Source of the DNA: Roseibacillus sp.
Lineage (GTDB): Bacteria; Verrucomicrobiota; Verrucomicrobiia; Verrucomicrobiales; Akkermansiaceae
Length of the DNA: 64,000 nucleotides
Direction: 5' to 3'
Assembly: GCA_965242925.1 (NCBI GenBank)
Contig: CBDEUM010000012.1
Location: 173,857 to 237,856, forward strand
Shown: positions 31,401-40,613 of the stretch, piece by piece
Layout of the letters: every line of letters begins with the position of its first letter
How positions within the stretch are numbered: position 1 is the first letter of the stretch
Notes under the pieces: model-generated
Databases searched by the model: none
The model's input: only the letters and a program-made list of their open reading frames with translations
Told to the model about the DNA's origin: nothing
Program-made: the position numbers and the translations under genes

Positions 31401-33827
31401 CCACGGACTCCCGGCCTTGCGAAACTCGGCATTGTAGATGATGTGCCGTTCGTTGGCGATGAAGGTGCAGTTGAAGAACTGGTTGGAGAGGCGGGGAAAG
31501 GCATAGTTGTAGGAGGAACCCTGTCCCGTATTCCCCAGGGCCTGCACGCTACGGGCAGACAGGATGAAGCGCTGGCTCCGCAGATCCCGTGGGACTGCGG
31601 TGGTATCAACGATGAACATGGCTGGTCGCGCCGGCGCCAGACTCGGCATCACGGTGGCATCTCCGTTCCCGTTGTCGCTCTCCACGTAGAACTGCGCAAT
31701 CGTGCCATCCGAGGCATACTGGTCCAGGGTGGCCGTATAGATTCCGTCTCCCGCCACGTTGTCCCCGTTGGTCCCATCATCCACCATGAGGGTCGTGCTC
31801 CAGGGCGAATTCTGGTTCGTGCTGTCGAGGCGATGGCGCAGATTAACGGTGGGCACGGTGGCAGAATCCACTTTCACTGTGACCTCCACCGAATTGCCAC
31901 GCGGAACGGCCGGACTGTGAATGAGTCCGCTCAGAGTAGGCACCGCCGCGGAAATCAGCGCCGAATTGGGTGCTCCCGCGGTCCCCAGATCCCTGGGCAC
32001 GGGCAGCCGCAGCACCCCACCGAAGGAACGGTCCCAGGTGTGCACGATCACGGTAGGCTTTCCGTAGACCCACCGGGCCTCGCACGCAAATGTCAGGGAA
32101 TCCGACCTGTTCATCCCGGTCACGTCGATCTCCACCCGGTTGGCCTTGATGTCCCCGTGACCGGTCGAGACAAGATGAAACTCGCGTCCCTCCATGTGGC
32201 TGAGGTGTTGGGTTCCCTGGCAGAGCCATCCGGTTGATCCCTGGCCGTTGTTGCTGACCCGCTCCCCGTTGCTCGGCAGCAGATTGGGTCCCACCCCTCT
32301 CACGGAAAAGTTCATGTTCCGCATTGCGATCTGGCAATCGCCCACGCCATGCATATGCAACTCCTTATAGCTGCTCTCCTGACCCATCGTACGCAACCGA
32401 TCGTAGCGGTCCGTGATGGAAAAGCTCGTCCACTCTCCCTTCTCTGACTCGTCGGAATCCCTCCAGGCAGTGGGGACGGAGTTGTCCATCTCCGGATGAC
32501 GCAGTTCGAGGGAACTGCCGAGGCCGCCCGCTTTCTCGGGCCAGTCCCCGCCGGTATGGTAGTGAACCTCGTCCACCAGGTTGCCCCAGGCATCCTCAAT
32601 GCGGAGGAGTTCGTTGTTATTGCTCAGGTTGCCGCTGTACTGACCGATGATGCGGGCCTGCGGGAAGGCGGCCCCCGTAATGCGCTGATTGGCAGCAATG
32701 ATGACATGCTCGCCGGAGTCGATCACAGCCCCATCCGGGAAGCGGAAGCTCACTCCCTCCGAGATCTGCCAGCCACTCATGTCCACGCCGGAACCTCCCT
32801 TGTTGTAAAGCTCGATGAACTCACCATCACGATGCCCGGAAGGCGGCTCTACCATGAGTTCATTGATGACCACCCCGGTCTCACGATCCGGATTGTTCGG
32901 AGCGTCCCGGCTTCCCTGGGCAGAGGAGAAAAAGTCGGACGATCCATCGGGGTAAGCCGCGGCGTGATCACGCCCCGTCTCCCGGTCATAATCCACCGCA
33001 CTACGCACGACATTGTTGGAATCGACGAGGAAGGCCACGCTGTTGTTGGAGAACCCCACATCAAAGCTGAGGAAGCCATTCCCCGGCACTGATCCCGAGA
33101 TATTCACCTTGTCGCCAAATCCTCTGGCCCCGCTCAGGAAGAACCCGTCCACACTCTGGGGCGCCTGGGAGCTGTTGTGGATTTCAATCCAGTCGACATC
33201 CCCATTCTCGTCGAAATGCACCTCATTGATGAAGAGCGCGGAAACCACCGCACTGTCGGAATTGCCGGGAAATCCGCCCACTCTTGAACTGGAACCCCAG
33301 CTCCGGTAGTCATCAGTAGCGCGCTCGCTATCTGTCAGGACCAGACTGTGCCCCGCACCGTCGGGAGCAACAGGCCACGGGTACTCGTCATCGTAACGCA
33401 CCGACGCCACGATGACTCCGTTCTTGTCCCGTAACGTGATCCGCTCACCCGCGTTGTCCAGAGAGCCCGTCCATGGACCGAACACCTGGATCGCTTCCGA
33501 TACGCCGTAGGCGGCACGGAAGGCAGCAGGATCGCCCTCACACACCACAATCTTCCGTCGACCAATAAGGAAGGAATCCGTGGCAGCGGCGGGATCGAAT
33601 GCAGGGAAGGTGTAACTGACACCGCCGGTCACCTCCCATTCCGCAATATCAAAGACGGTAGAGGTAAGATTCTCGATCTCGATGAATTCCGGAAGCGGAG
33701 TTTCACCCTCTGGAACCATCTGCGGATGATACATGATCTCCCTGATGACAACCTGCTCGGCACGGAGGGATTGAGTGAACAAAGGGACACAAAGGAACGA
33801 TATGGTGATCGCGAGGGAACGTTTCAT
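28473..33827 (-). CDS. Large secreted lamin-tail-domain / CotH-like kinase protein, paralog of 21963-28265 (1784 aa)
   Basis: Same architecture; near-identical core (NANDFLKRNWEQGEKGELYRIDDEWWF, DDWDTLTRNRGKNGYFLRRYSDGKW, QWDSDLTFG). Confidence 0.85.
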   Translation of the reverse strand: MKRSLAITISFLCVPLFTQSLRAEQVVIREIMYHPQMVPEGETPLPEFIEIENLTSTVFDIAEWEVTGGVSYTFPAFDPAAATDSFLIGRRKIVVCEGDPAAFRAAYGVSEAIQVFGPWTGSLDNAGERITLRDKNGVIVASVRYDDEYPWPVAPDGAGHSLVLTDSERATDDYRSWGSSSRVGGFPGNSDSAVVSALFINEVHFDENGDVDWIEIHNSSQAPQSVDGFFLSGARGFGDKVNISGSVPGNGFLSFDVGFSNNSVAFLVDSNNVVRSAVDYDRETGRDHAAAYPDGSSDFFSSAQGSRDAPNNPDRETGVVINELMVEPPSGHRDGEFIELYNKGGSGVDMSGWQISEGVSFRFPDGAVIDSGEHVIIAANQRITGAAFPQARIIGQYSGNLSNNNELLRIEDAWGNLVDEVHYHTGGDWPEKAGGLGSSLELRHPEMDNSVPTAWRDSDESEKGEWTSFSITDRYDRLRTMGQESSYKELHMHGVGDCQIAMRNMNFSVRGVGPNLLPSNGERVSNNGQGSTGWLCQGTQHLSHMEGREFHLVSTGHGDIKANRVEIDVTGMNRSDSLTFACEARWVYGKPTVIVHTWDRSFGGVLRLPVPRDLGTAGAPNSALISAAVPTLSGLIHSPAVPRGNSVEVTVKVDSATVPTVNLRHRLDSTNQNSPWSTTLMVDDGTNGDNVAGDGIYTATLDQYASDGTIAQFYVESDNGNGDATVMPSLAPARPAMFIVDTTAVPRDLRSQRFILSARSVQALGNTGQGSSYNYAFPRLSNQFFNCTFIANERHIIYNAEFRKAGSPWQRSDGFSTSQGKSLKWKSPRDRRYRGWSRRAIDDDPVQGRSHNNRLTRYWLYLLGHPSNENEFIRIVINNGPAMIREDVETNANDFLKRNWEQGEKGELYRIDDEWWFDDGWGRSQENADWGVDGRSVEPNMYHAEWMKRSREDEYDYGSFLNWVFAVGQNRFTREEVERMADIDLMAVNAVVRGWIDDWDTLTRNRGKNGYFLRRYSDGKWILLQWDSDLTFGNTSAPFIGGLPGVRNFFYKPYVEQRVNYYIGEMVEKYTKDSERLETWFDLETRSNRRVSINPSRYHNFNNGRVSYAMNNEIGSAVSNARFEVSGPSNTSENVIDLEGTSNHRAFDIRVVGHPEAVIQFTDQAEWTVSGIYLREGRNALEFEALDSEGLIVDSDTFSINKSGNAPPVVDLNSTPSSFNIGMHETLVVDASASFDPEGTGLTFSWEVDQGAVLDNPSPDRVNVQFPQPGLYLLTATVEDDDQRETVATRQIAVYAESGWHPFTDETLSEGWTEENVEVRHDYSGSAWYSLGDRPGQLVLKLNDDVAKSMRSQTPAYPVLWRDVSGTGDVLLQTDVKLSNIQQGGFIAGLILKAQEDGQQVIYAVGMENGDFLRVKKIVGTTETRLASISWVKDSAVVRIRRVGDDLHFDYRTSPGVWESLHVAGMAAESTLTQTGIFASTPAPIMARFEFDYFMVADASAIGPAVDSLRITEIMYNPLDLGNGFDLEFIELMNIGNATINLSQVQFQDGDPFAELVFGDIDLAPGEVAVVVADELDFEAIYGGSIRVLAAWADGSVSNGGESIVLIDPQGDIIHDFQYSDQPSWPIEADGLGASLEVIDTEGNYNDPANWRASVEVGGTPGEVSLGDPDNDGLDDSEEAAIGTDPLNPDTDGDGALDGAEVAAGTDPLDRLSVFRLIEVVRVGGATQATWHSVPGRSYTLQVSPDLTEGSWTDVSTVEATEGTTMIPHDGAGATELFYRVIVE

Positions 33828-34115
33828 CTTTCTGGGATCCTATAAAAAGGGGGAATAATGGATTTCGGCCGCCCAGTGGCCTCGACATTCATTTTTCCCG
33901 CACAAACCCTCATGTAAAGGTGGAAAGAGAGCAGTCTCGACAGTGTTCTTTTGAACAGTTTTTAAGGCGGATCCGGCCGGAATACCTGTCACCCATCCAC
34001 TCGCCTCCCGCAAGGATTTCTTGCAATCGCTTGAAGAAAAACAAATCTGGCAGGCCCCTCCTCTCCACCCTTGGCCCACGTGAACGAGTGAGTAGGCAAA
34101 TTCGGGTTGAGATGA

Positions 34116-34128
34116 GATAATGATTATT
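34116..34128. promoter_or_regulatory. Candidate Fur-box-like operator
   Basis: GATAATGATTATT = GATAAT-N-ATTATC inverted repeat with one mismatch, in AT-rich divergent intergenic region, about 43 bp upstream of 34172. Confidence 0.35.
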
Positions 34129-34171
34129 TAACACCAACTACGCGGAAGACCGACCGGATCCGCTCCCTGTC

Positions 34172-36640
34172 ATGAGATTTCCAATCCTGCTTTTGCACAT
34201 GGGCTCCCGTCAGGGTGCCTTATTGCTCGCCGCCCTCATCTTCACAGTCCCCCCCGCCGCCCTGGGCCAGGAGATCGACTTCGCCCGCGAGGTGCTCCCC
34301 ATTCTCTCCAACAAGTGCTTCGTCTGCCACGGACCGGACACCAAGAAGAAGAACCAGCTCCGTCTCGATTCCCACGAGCATGCCACTGCCGACCGCGACG
34401 GCTATCACGCTATCGATCCCAAGGATCCCGCCGAGAGCGAGATGCTCGTGCGACTGCACGACAAGGAAGATCCCATGCCGCCCGAGGATGCCGAGAAGCA
34501 GCTGTCCGATGCCGAACGGAAGATCCTGATCCAGTGGGTGAAGGAAGGAGGAACCTACGCCAGACACTGGTCCTTCGTCCTACCCCGACGCACCGATCCG
34601 CCCAAGGGCGTCACTTCACAGGCTCCCATCGATCGTTTCGTGGAAGCCAGGCTCAAGGAAAAATCCGGCGGCAAGGTGGGTTTCGCCCCGGAGGCTGATC
34701 GCGCCACCCTCGCCCGGCGAGCCGCTCTCACCCTGACTGGCCTCCCCCCGGAACCGGCTGAACTCGCCACTTTCCTTGCCGATGACAAAGCCGACGCCTA
34801 TCCCCGCTTCCTCGACAAGATCACGCAAAGTCCGCGTTACGGAGAGCATCAGGCCCGCTATTGGCTCGACGCCGTGCGCTACGGCGACACCCATGGACTC
34901 CATCTCGACAACAAGCGCGGGATCTATCCCTATCGAGACTGGGTTGTCCGCGCCTTCAACAAGAACCTCCCACTCGACGACTTCATCCTCTGGCAACTGG
35001 CTGGTGATCTCCTTCCAAATCCCTCCATCGAACAAAACGTGGCCACGGGCTTCGTCCGCATGAACCCCTCCACTGCTGAGGGCGGTGCCATTCCGGCCGA
35101 GTTTCAGTGCAAGAACAATTTCGATCGCACCGAGACCCTTGGAACAGTCCTGCTCGGAATGACAATGACCTGTGCACGCTGCCACACCCACAAGTACGAC
35201 CCCATCACACAAACCGAGTATTACCAGCTCCTCGCCTTCTTCAACTCCACTTCGGAGTCCCCCATGGATGGCAACAAATACGAATACGGGCCCGTCATGA
35301 AGGTTCCTGCTGATCAGGATGCCTGGGATGAATTGGAAACTTTAGCTGCCGATCATAAGGCCCTCCTGCAAGACGCAACCCGCAAGCATGCCGCCCTGCT
35401 TGCGGGTGCCGAGAAACAACAATGGGGGAAATCTTCGGACCGGGACAAGCTGAACCGGATTGCAGACCCCAAGGGCCCCTTCAAGGATTCCCCGCTCCAT
35501 CAGAAGGCCTCAACCCTGGCCCAGCGTTTCAACGAAGCAGAGAAGCGCTTCACTCCTACCCTCGTGGCTCGCGAACTGGGCAAGCCTCGTCCTACCAAGA
35601 TGCTCCTGCGCGGCGAGTACGACCGCCCTGTCGGCGAACCGGTGCAACCTGATATCCCTTCGGCCATGGGAGCGCTTCCCGAGAATGCCCCGCGCAATCG
35701 CCTCGGACTCGCCCAGTGGCTCATCTCCCGTGAAAATCCGCTCGTCGCCCGCGTCCTCGTCAACCGTATCTGGCAACGGATCTTCGGTGAGGCTATCGTG
35801 CGCTCGCCTGAGGACTTCGGCCTCCAGGGCAAGCAACCTACCCACCCGGAACTGCTCGACTGGCTCGCGGTCGAACTGCAGGAAAGCGGTTGGGATCTGC
35901 AGCACATGCTCCGTCTCATCCTCACCAGCAGGACCTTCAGACAGCAGTCCGCTCACCGGAAGGTCGCCTTTGAAGATCCCGAAAACCTCTGGTATTCACG
36001 GGGACCAAGTTACCGCCTCGACGCAGAAGTTATTCGCGACATGGCTCTCTGGTCCAGCAAGCTCCTCGACGGACACATGGGCGGGGAAGGAGTGAAGCCC
36101 TACCAACCCGCCGGCCTCTGGAAGGCGCTCATGCACCCCGGCAGCAATACCAAGAACTACGTCGCCGACAAGGGGAGCAAACTCTACCGTCGCAGCCTCT
36201 ACGTTTACTGGAAGCGCACCAGCCCCCATCCCATGATGATCCTCTTTGATGCCCCTGACCGCGAGTCGAGTTGTGTCCGCCGCTCGCGTACCAACACCGC
36301 CCTGCAGTCACTGGGGCTTCTCAATGAAACGCAGCGCATTGAAATGTCCCGCATACTGGCGGAGCGCCTTGTTACCGAGGCCAGGGACGACGACAGCCGA
36401 ATGGATCTCCTCTTCACCCTGGCGGCCAGCCGGCCGCCCACCGACGCCGAAAGAACAGCCTGTGACACCCTTCTGGAAAAAATGCAGGCCCGCTACCAGT
36501 CTGCGAAGGAAGATGCCCTTGCCCTCCTCTCCACCGGCAACTCACCCCGTAACGAAATGCTCAACCCCGCCGAGGTGGCCGCCTGGAGCCAGGTGGCGAC
36601 TACGGTCCTCGCAAGCGATGTGGCCCTCCTGCTCCGCTGA
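34172..36640 (+). CDS. Planctomycete cytochrome c + DUF1549 + DUF1553 (PSD1) protein
   Basis: CFVCH heme motif, WLDAVRYGDT, YRDWV, CARCH, NPLVARVLVNRIW, PTHPELLDWLA, RRSLY. Confidence 0.92.
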   Translation: MRFPILLLHMGSRQGALLLAALIFTVPPAALGQEIDFAREVLPILSNKCFVCHGPDTKKKNQLRLDSHEHATADRDGYHAIDPKDPAESEMLVRLHDKEDPMPPEDAEKQLSDAERKILIQWVKEGGTYARHWSFVLPRRTDPPKGVTSQAPIDRFVEARLKEKSGGKVGFAPEADRATLARRAALTLTGLPPEPAELATFLADDKADAYPRFLDKITQSPRYGEHQARYWLDAVRYGDTHGLHLDNKRGIYPYRDWVVRAFNKNLPLDDFILWQLAGDLLPNPSIEQNVATGFVRMNPSTAEGGAIPAEFQCKNNFDRTETLGTVLLGMTMTCARCHTHKYDPITQTEYYQLLAFFNSTSESPMDGNKYEYGPVMKVPADQDAWDELETLAADHKALLQDATRKHAALLAGAEKQQWGKSSDRDKLNRIADPKGPFKDSPLHQKASTLAQRFNEAEKRFTPTLVARELGKPRPTKMLLRGEYDRPVGEPVQPDIPSAMGALPENAPRNRLGLAQWLISRENPLVARVLVNRIWQRIFGEAIVRSPEDFGLQGKQPTHPELLDWLAVELQESGWDLQHMLRLILTSRTFRQQSAHRKVAFEDPENLWYSRGPSYRLDAEVIRDMALWSSKLLDGHMGGEGVKPYQPAGLWKALMHPGSNTKNYVADKGSKLYRRSLYVYWKRTSPHPMMILFDAPDRESSCVRRSRTNTALQSLGLLNETQRIEMSRILAERLVTEARDDDSRMDLLFTLAASRPPTDAERTACDTLLEKMQARYQSAKEDALALLSTGNSPRNEMLNPAEVAAWSQVATTVLASDVALLLR

Positions 36641-36682
36641 CTCTTCCGCCTCCACTCCAGAAACTGAAAACCATGCCCTGAC

Positions 36683-38179
36683 ATGAATCTTCACGACCAC
36701 CAACTCTCCCTCACGCGCCGCCAGCTCTTTGGGCGCTCCGCCCTCGGACTTGGAACCGCGGCCCTGACACAGATGCTGCCCCACCAACTGCTGGCGACCG
36801 AGGGAAAGGCCGACCTCAATGGCGGAATTCACCATCGTGCCACTGCCAAGCGCGTCATCTACCTCTTCATGAGCGGGGGGCCCAGCCACCTCGACACCTG
36901 GGACTACAAGCCCGGGATGCGTGAGATGTTTGGCCAGGACCTGCCCAAGCATATCCGCGACGGACAACGGATCACAGGGATGACCGCCGGGCAGAAAACG
37001 CACCCGGTCTGCCCTTCCAAGTACAAGTTTACCAAACATGAAAACAACCAGGAGGGTCTGTGGGCAAGTGAGCTGCTTTCCCATACCGCCAAGGTCGCCA
37101 AGGAGCTCTGCGTGGTGAACAGCACCTACACCGAGGCCATCAACCACGATCCCGCCATCACTTACATCCAGACCGGCAGCCAGGTCCCCGGGCGTCCCAG
37201 CCTGGGCGCCTGGCTCAGCTACGGACTGGGCAGCATGAACAGGGACCTGCCCGGCTACATCGTCATGCACGCCAAAACCAGCTTCCCCGAGCAAAGCCTT
37301 TTCAACCGCCTCTGGGGTCCGGGCTTCCTGCCTGCCGAGCACCAGGGTGTCCTCCTCCGCAGCCAGGGCGATCCGGTCCTCTACCTCAGCAACCCCAAGG
37401 GCACCTCCCGCGAGGATCGCCGCGCCCAGCTCGACACCCTCGCTGCCCTCAACAGGAGCCAGCACGAGAAGTCCCTTGACCCTCAGACCCTCGCCCGCAT
37501 CAAGCAGCACGAGTTGGCCTTCCGCATGCAGACTTCCGTCCCTGAACTGATGGATCTCACCAAGGAAAGCGACAAGACCTTCGAACTCTACGGCGAGGAG
37601 GCTCGCCAGGCCGGCACTTTCGCGGCCTGCTGTCTCAATGCCCGCCGTCTCTCCGAGCGAGGAGTCCGCAATATCCAGATCTTCCACCGCGGATGGGATG
37701 CCCACGGTGGCCTGCCCCGCGAGCACGAATCCCAGTGCAGGGACATCGACCGCGCCTGCTACGCCCTCATCACCGACCTGAAACAGCGCGGGATGCTCGA
37801 TGAAACCCTCGTCGTCTGGGGCGGAGAATTCGGCCGCACCTCCTACTGCCAGGGCAAACTCACCAAGGAAAACTACGGACGCGATCATCACCCCCGCTGC
37901 TTTACCACCTGGATGGCCGGCGGCGGCATCAAGCCCGGTATCACCTACGGAAAGAGCGATGACTATGGCTACAATATCGCCAACCCCGACGGAACCCCCA
38001 TGTTGCCCAAGCCAGAGAAGGACAAGTGGACTCCCGGCACCATGCACATCCACGACCGCAACGCCACTATCCTGCATCTTCTGGGTATCAACCACCGCCG
38101 CCTCACCTACCGCTACCAGGGACGCGACTTCCGCCTCACTGATATCCACGGTCACGTGCTGAAGGATATCCTTACCTGA
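36683..38179 (+). CDS. DUF1501 family protein
   Basis: Tat-like TRRQLF, AKRVIYLFMSGGPSHLDTWDYKP, WGGEFGRT, GRDHH, GRDFRLTD. Confidence 0.92.
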   Translation: MNLHDHQLSLTRRQLFGRSALGLGTAALTQMLPHQLLATEGKADLNGGIHHRATAKRVIYLFMSGGPSHLDTWDYKPGMREMFGQDLPKHIRDGQRITGMTAGQKTHPVCPSKYKFTKHENNQEGLWASELLSHTAKVAKELCVVNSTYTEAINHDPAITYIQTGSQVPGRPSLGAWLSYGLGSMNRDLPGYIVMHAKTSFPEQSLFNRLWGPGFLPAEHQGVLLRSQGDPVLYLSNPKGTSREDRRAQLDTLAALNRSQHEKSLDPQTLARIKQHELAFRMQTSVPELMDLTKESDKTFELYGEEARQAGTFAACCLNARRLSERGVRNIQIFHRGWDAHGGLPREHESQCRDIDRACYALITDLKQRGMLDETLVVWGGEFGRTSYCQGKLTKENYGRDHHPRCFTTWMAGGGIKPGITYGKSDDYGYNIANPDGTPMLPKPEKDKWTPGTMHIHDRNATILHLLGINHRRLTYRYQGRDFRLTDIHGHVLKDILT

Positions 38180-38373
38180 GGATTGCCGGAGGGCAGGCAT
38201 CCGCCGGACACCACCCGTAGCGGGCATGGTCACGGTGGGCTTGAGTCGTCGTTGAACAGACCGGGCAGGTGACGGCCCGGAATCTGTTCCCTGCTGGCGG
38301 CTCAGTGAAACTGCCCTTCTCAGCTTTACACCTCTCCTTCCACGCTCGATACTGCAGAATCGCCTTCGCGGAC

Positions 38374-39819
38374 ATGTCCCGACTTCCGCATTATCATCCC
38401 ACCCGCCGCACCGTCCTCCAGGCGGGTTCCATCGGTCTCATGGGGCTGGGGATGAACCACCTGGGGCTGATTCGCTCGCTGGCAGCCGCAGGGACCAGAA
38501 CCAGCAGCGCCAGGGCCCGTAACGTCATTTACATCTTCCTCTCCGGTGGACTTGCCCAGCACGAGTCCTTCGACATGAAGCCGGAGGCGCCTCGCGAGAT
38601 CCGAGGGGAGTTTAGTCCCATCAAGACCAGGACCCCAGGTCTCCATATCTGCGAGCACCTCCCCGAATTGGCCAAGCGCAGTGAGATGTGGTCGCTCTGC
38701 CGCTCTCTGACCCACCCCTCGAACGAACACTCGCAGGGCCATCACATCATGCTCACCGGGCGTAGCGAAATACCGCCCAACTTCAGCCCCAGCAAGCCAC
38801 AGGAGAGCGATTGGCCATCCCTCGCGGCCCTGGCAAACGAGCTGCTTCCCCGACGTGGCAACCTCCCTCCCGCGATTGTTCTCCCCGACAAGATCAAGCA
38901 TCGCACCGGCCGCATCATTCCCGGGCAGTTTGCCGGTCAACTGGGTGCCAAGAAGGAGCCCTTCTGGATTGAAGCCTCCCGATTTGACCCGAACTCCTAC
39001 GGCGCCTATCCGGACTACCTTTTCCACCACGCCCGGGGAAAAGAAGACGGCAGCAAATACAGTTTCGATTCTCCCGCCTTTTCGCTTCCGGAGGGATTGG
39101 ACTTCCGCCGCCTGCGCGATCGGGTGAGCCTCCTAGAAAATCTCAATCAGCAGAGCATTCACCTTGAGAAGGCCGGCGAAACCCATCAACTCGACCGTTA
39201 TCAGGAGATGGTGGCCAACCTCCTGTTGGATCCCACCGTCAAGGATGCCTTCGATGTGCACTCCGCCGATCCCGCATTACAGGAACGCTATGGACGGAAT
39301 TCCTTCGGCTGGTCCCTCCTTCTCGCCCGCCAACTGGTCGAGTCCGGGGTGCGCCTGGTACAGGTCAACCTCGGCAACAATGAAGCCTGGGACACTCACC
39401 AGGCCGCTTTCCCCAATCTCCGGAACTACCTCCTCCCTCCCATGGACCGCGCCGTCTCGGCCCTCCTTGATGACCTCAGCGAACGCGGACTGCTGGAGGA
39501 CACCCTCGTGGTGATGGCCAGCGAGTTCGGACGCACCCCGCGCATCTTCAAGATCCCCAAGGCCAAGCTTCCCGGCCGCGATCACTGGGGGGCGGTCCAG
39601 ACCGTTTTCTTCGCCGGGGGCGGTGTAGAGGGTGGGCGCGTCATCGGTTCGTCCGACCAGAAGGGCGAATTCCCTGCCAGTGATCCCCAGAAGCCGGAAG
39701 ATCTCGCCGCCACCATTTACGACGCCCTGGGCCTGCCCCCCAGCATCAGGTGGCATGACCCCGAGCAGCGTCCGCACTTCCTCTATCACGGGAAACCCAT
39801 GGCCGGGCTGTTCTCCTGA
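38374..39819 (+). CDS. DUF1501 family protein
   Basis: TRRTVL, IFLSGGLAQHESFDMKP, WDTH, SEFGRTP, GRDHW. Confidence 0.9.
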   Translation: MSRLPHYHPTRRTVLQAGSIGLMGLGMNHLGLIRSLAAAGTRTSSARARNVIYIFLSGGLAQHESFDMKPEAPREIRGEFSPIKTRTPGLHICEHLPELAKRSEMWSLCRSLTHPSNEHSQGHHIMLTGRSEIPPNFSPSKPQESDWPSLAALANELLPRRGNLPPAIVLPDKIKHRTGRIIPGQFAGQLGAKKEPFWIEASRFDPNSYGAYPDYLFHHARGKEDGSKYSFDSPAFSLPEGLDFRRLRDRVSLLENLNQQSIHLEKAGETHQLDRYQEMVANLLLDPTVKDAFDVHSADPALQERYGRNSFGWSLLLARQLVESGVRLVQVNLGNNEAWDTHQAAFPNLRNYLLPPMDRAVSALLDDLSERGLLEDTLVVMASEFGRTPRIFKIPKAKLPGRDHWGAVQTVFFAGGGVEGGRVIGSSDQKGEFPASDPQKPEDLAATIYDALGLPPSIRWHDPEQRPHFLYHGKPMAGLFS

Positions 39820-39863
39820 TCGGTTCCTCCGCAGGCAACCCCTGACCCCGGGCCAACTGACCT

Positions 39864-40502
39864 CTACTGTTCCTCCACCCCGGGACCGTCACCCGGATCT
39901 CTGCCAACCAATTTCGACGAACCAACCCCGAACATGGTGAGAGATTCCAGGGTGGCATGCATGGAGGCCTGCAGGGGGTGGACTCGTTCCCTGGGAACCA
40001 ACTGCACCTGTCCAATGGTGGCAGCCGGTACCGAGGGCAGGAAGACTGCCACTTTTCCGTCAGCCAACTCTTCGATTTCAAATCCAACCGCCCGCGAATC
40101 GGAGCCGTAGAGATCCACCAGCACAGGACGAAACTGTCGTTCTTCCTCATGCCCGAGATACTGGTGAATCAGGGTCCGGATCATGCTGTATCCCGGAATA
40201 CGCTCGAGAAGAAAGCGCTCGATCCAGCCCCGCATCGCTGATCCCCACCGCGTCCTGACCGCGACCCCCGTAAAGTAGCAGAGCAGAAATACGGCCGACA
40301 GAGCCATGGCGATTACCGAGTAGCGCAAGAAGATGGAGTCAAAGGGAAGCTTCTCCACCACGGGGAGCAGAAGCGACCTGAAGAGAGAGGTAATCTGCCA
40401 GAGGGCAAATCCGATAATCCCGATCGGAACCACCACCAGTACGGCACCCATCAGCGTTGTCTTCAAAAACCCGAGGGGCTTTCCATCCTTGTCAACGGCC
40501 AT
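39864..40502 (-). CDS. DUF502 family membrane protein
   Basis: Two TM helices, ERIPGYSMI, VFLPSVP; start ATG 40502 preferred. Confidence 0.75.
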   Translation of the reverse strand: MAVDKDGKPLGFLKTTLMGAVLVVVPIGIIGFALWQITSLFRSLLLPVVEKLPFDSIFLRYSVIAMALSAVFLLCYFTGVAVRTRWGSAMRGWIERFLLERIPGYSMIRTLIHQYLGHEEERQFRPVLVDLYGSDSRAVGFEIEELADGKVAVFLPSVPAATIGQVQLVPRERVHPLQASMHATLESLTMFGVGSSKLVGRDPGDGPGVEEQ

Positions 40503-40613
40503 GACGTATTTCTGCACGAATCGACTGGAGTGTCGACGCTTTGGAGCAGATCCTCCCTTTAAAGCGGCTTCAACCTGAAGGAGGCAGTTTCTCCTCAGGT
40601 CTATCAGCCTCAA

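Noticed and set aside
29442..32237. 931-aa plus-strand ORF (and other long antisense ORFs such as 547-1356, 45989-47890, 48540-50510)
   Set aside because: Shadow ORFs opposite well-supported genes, expected in high-GC DNA; no recognisable motifs.
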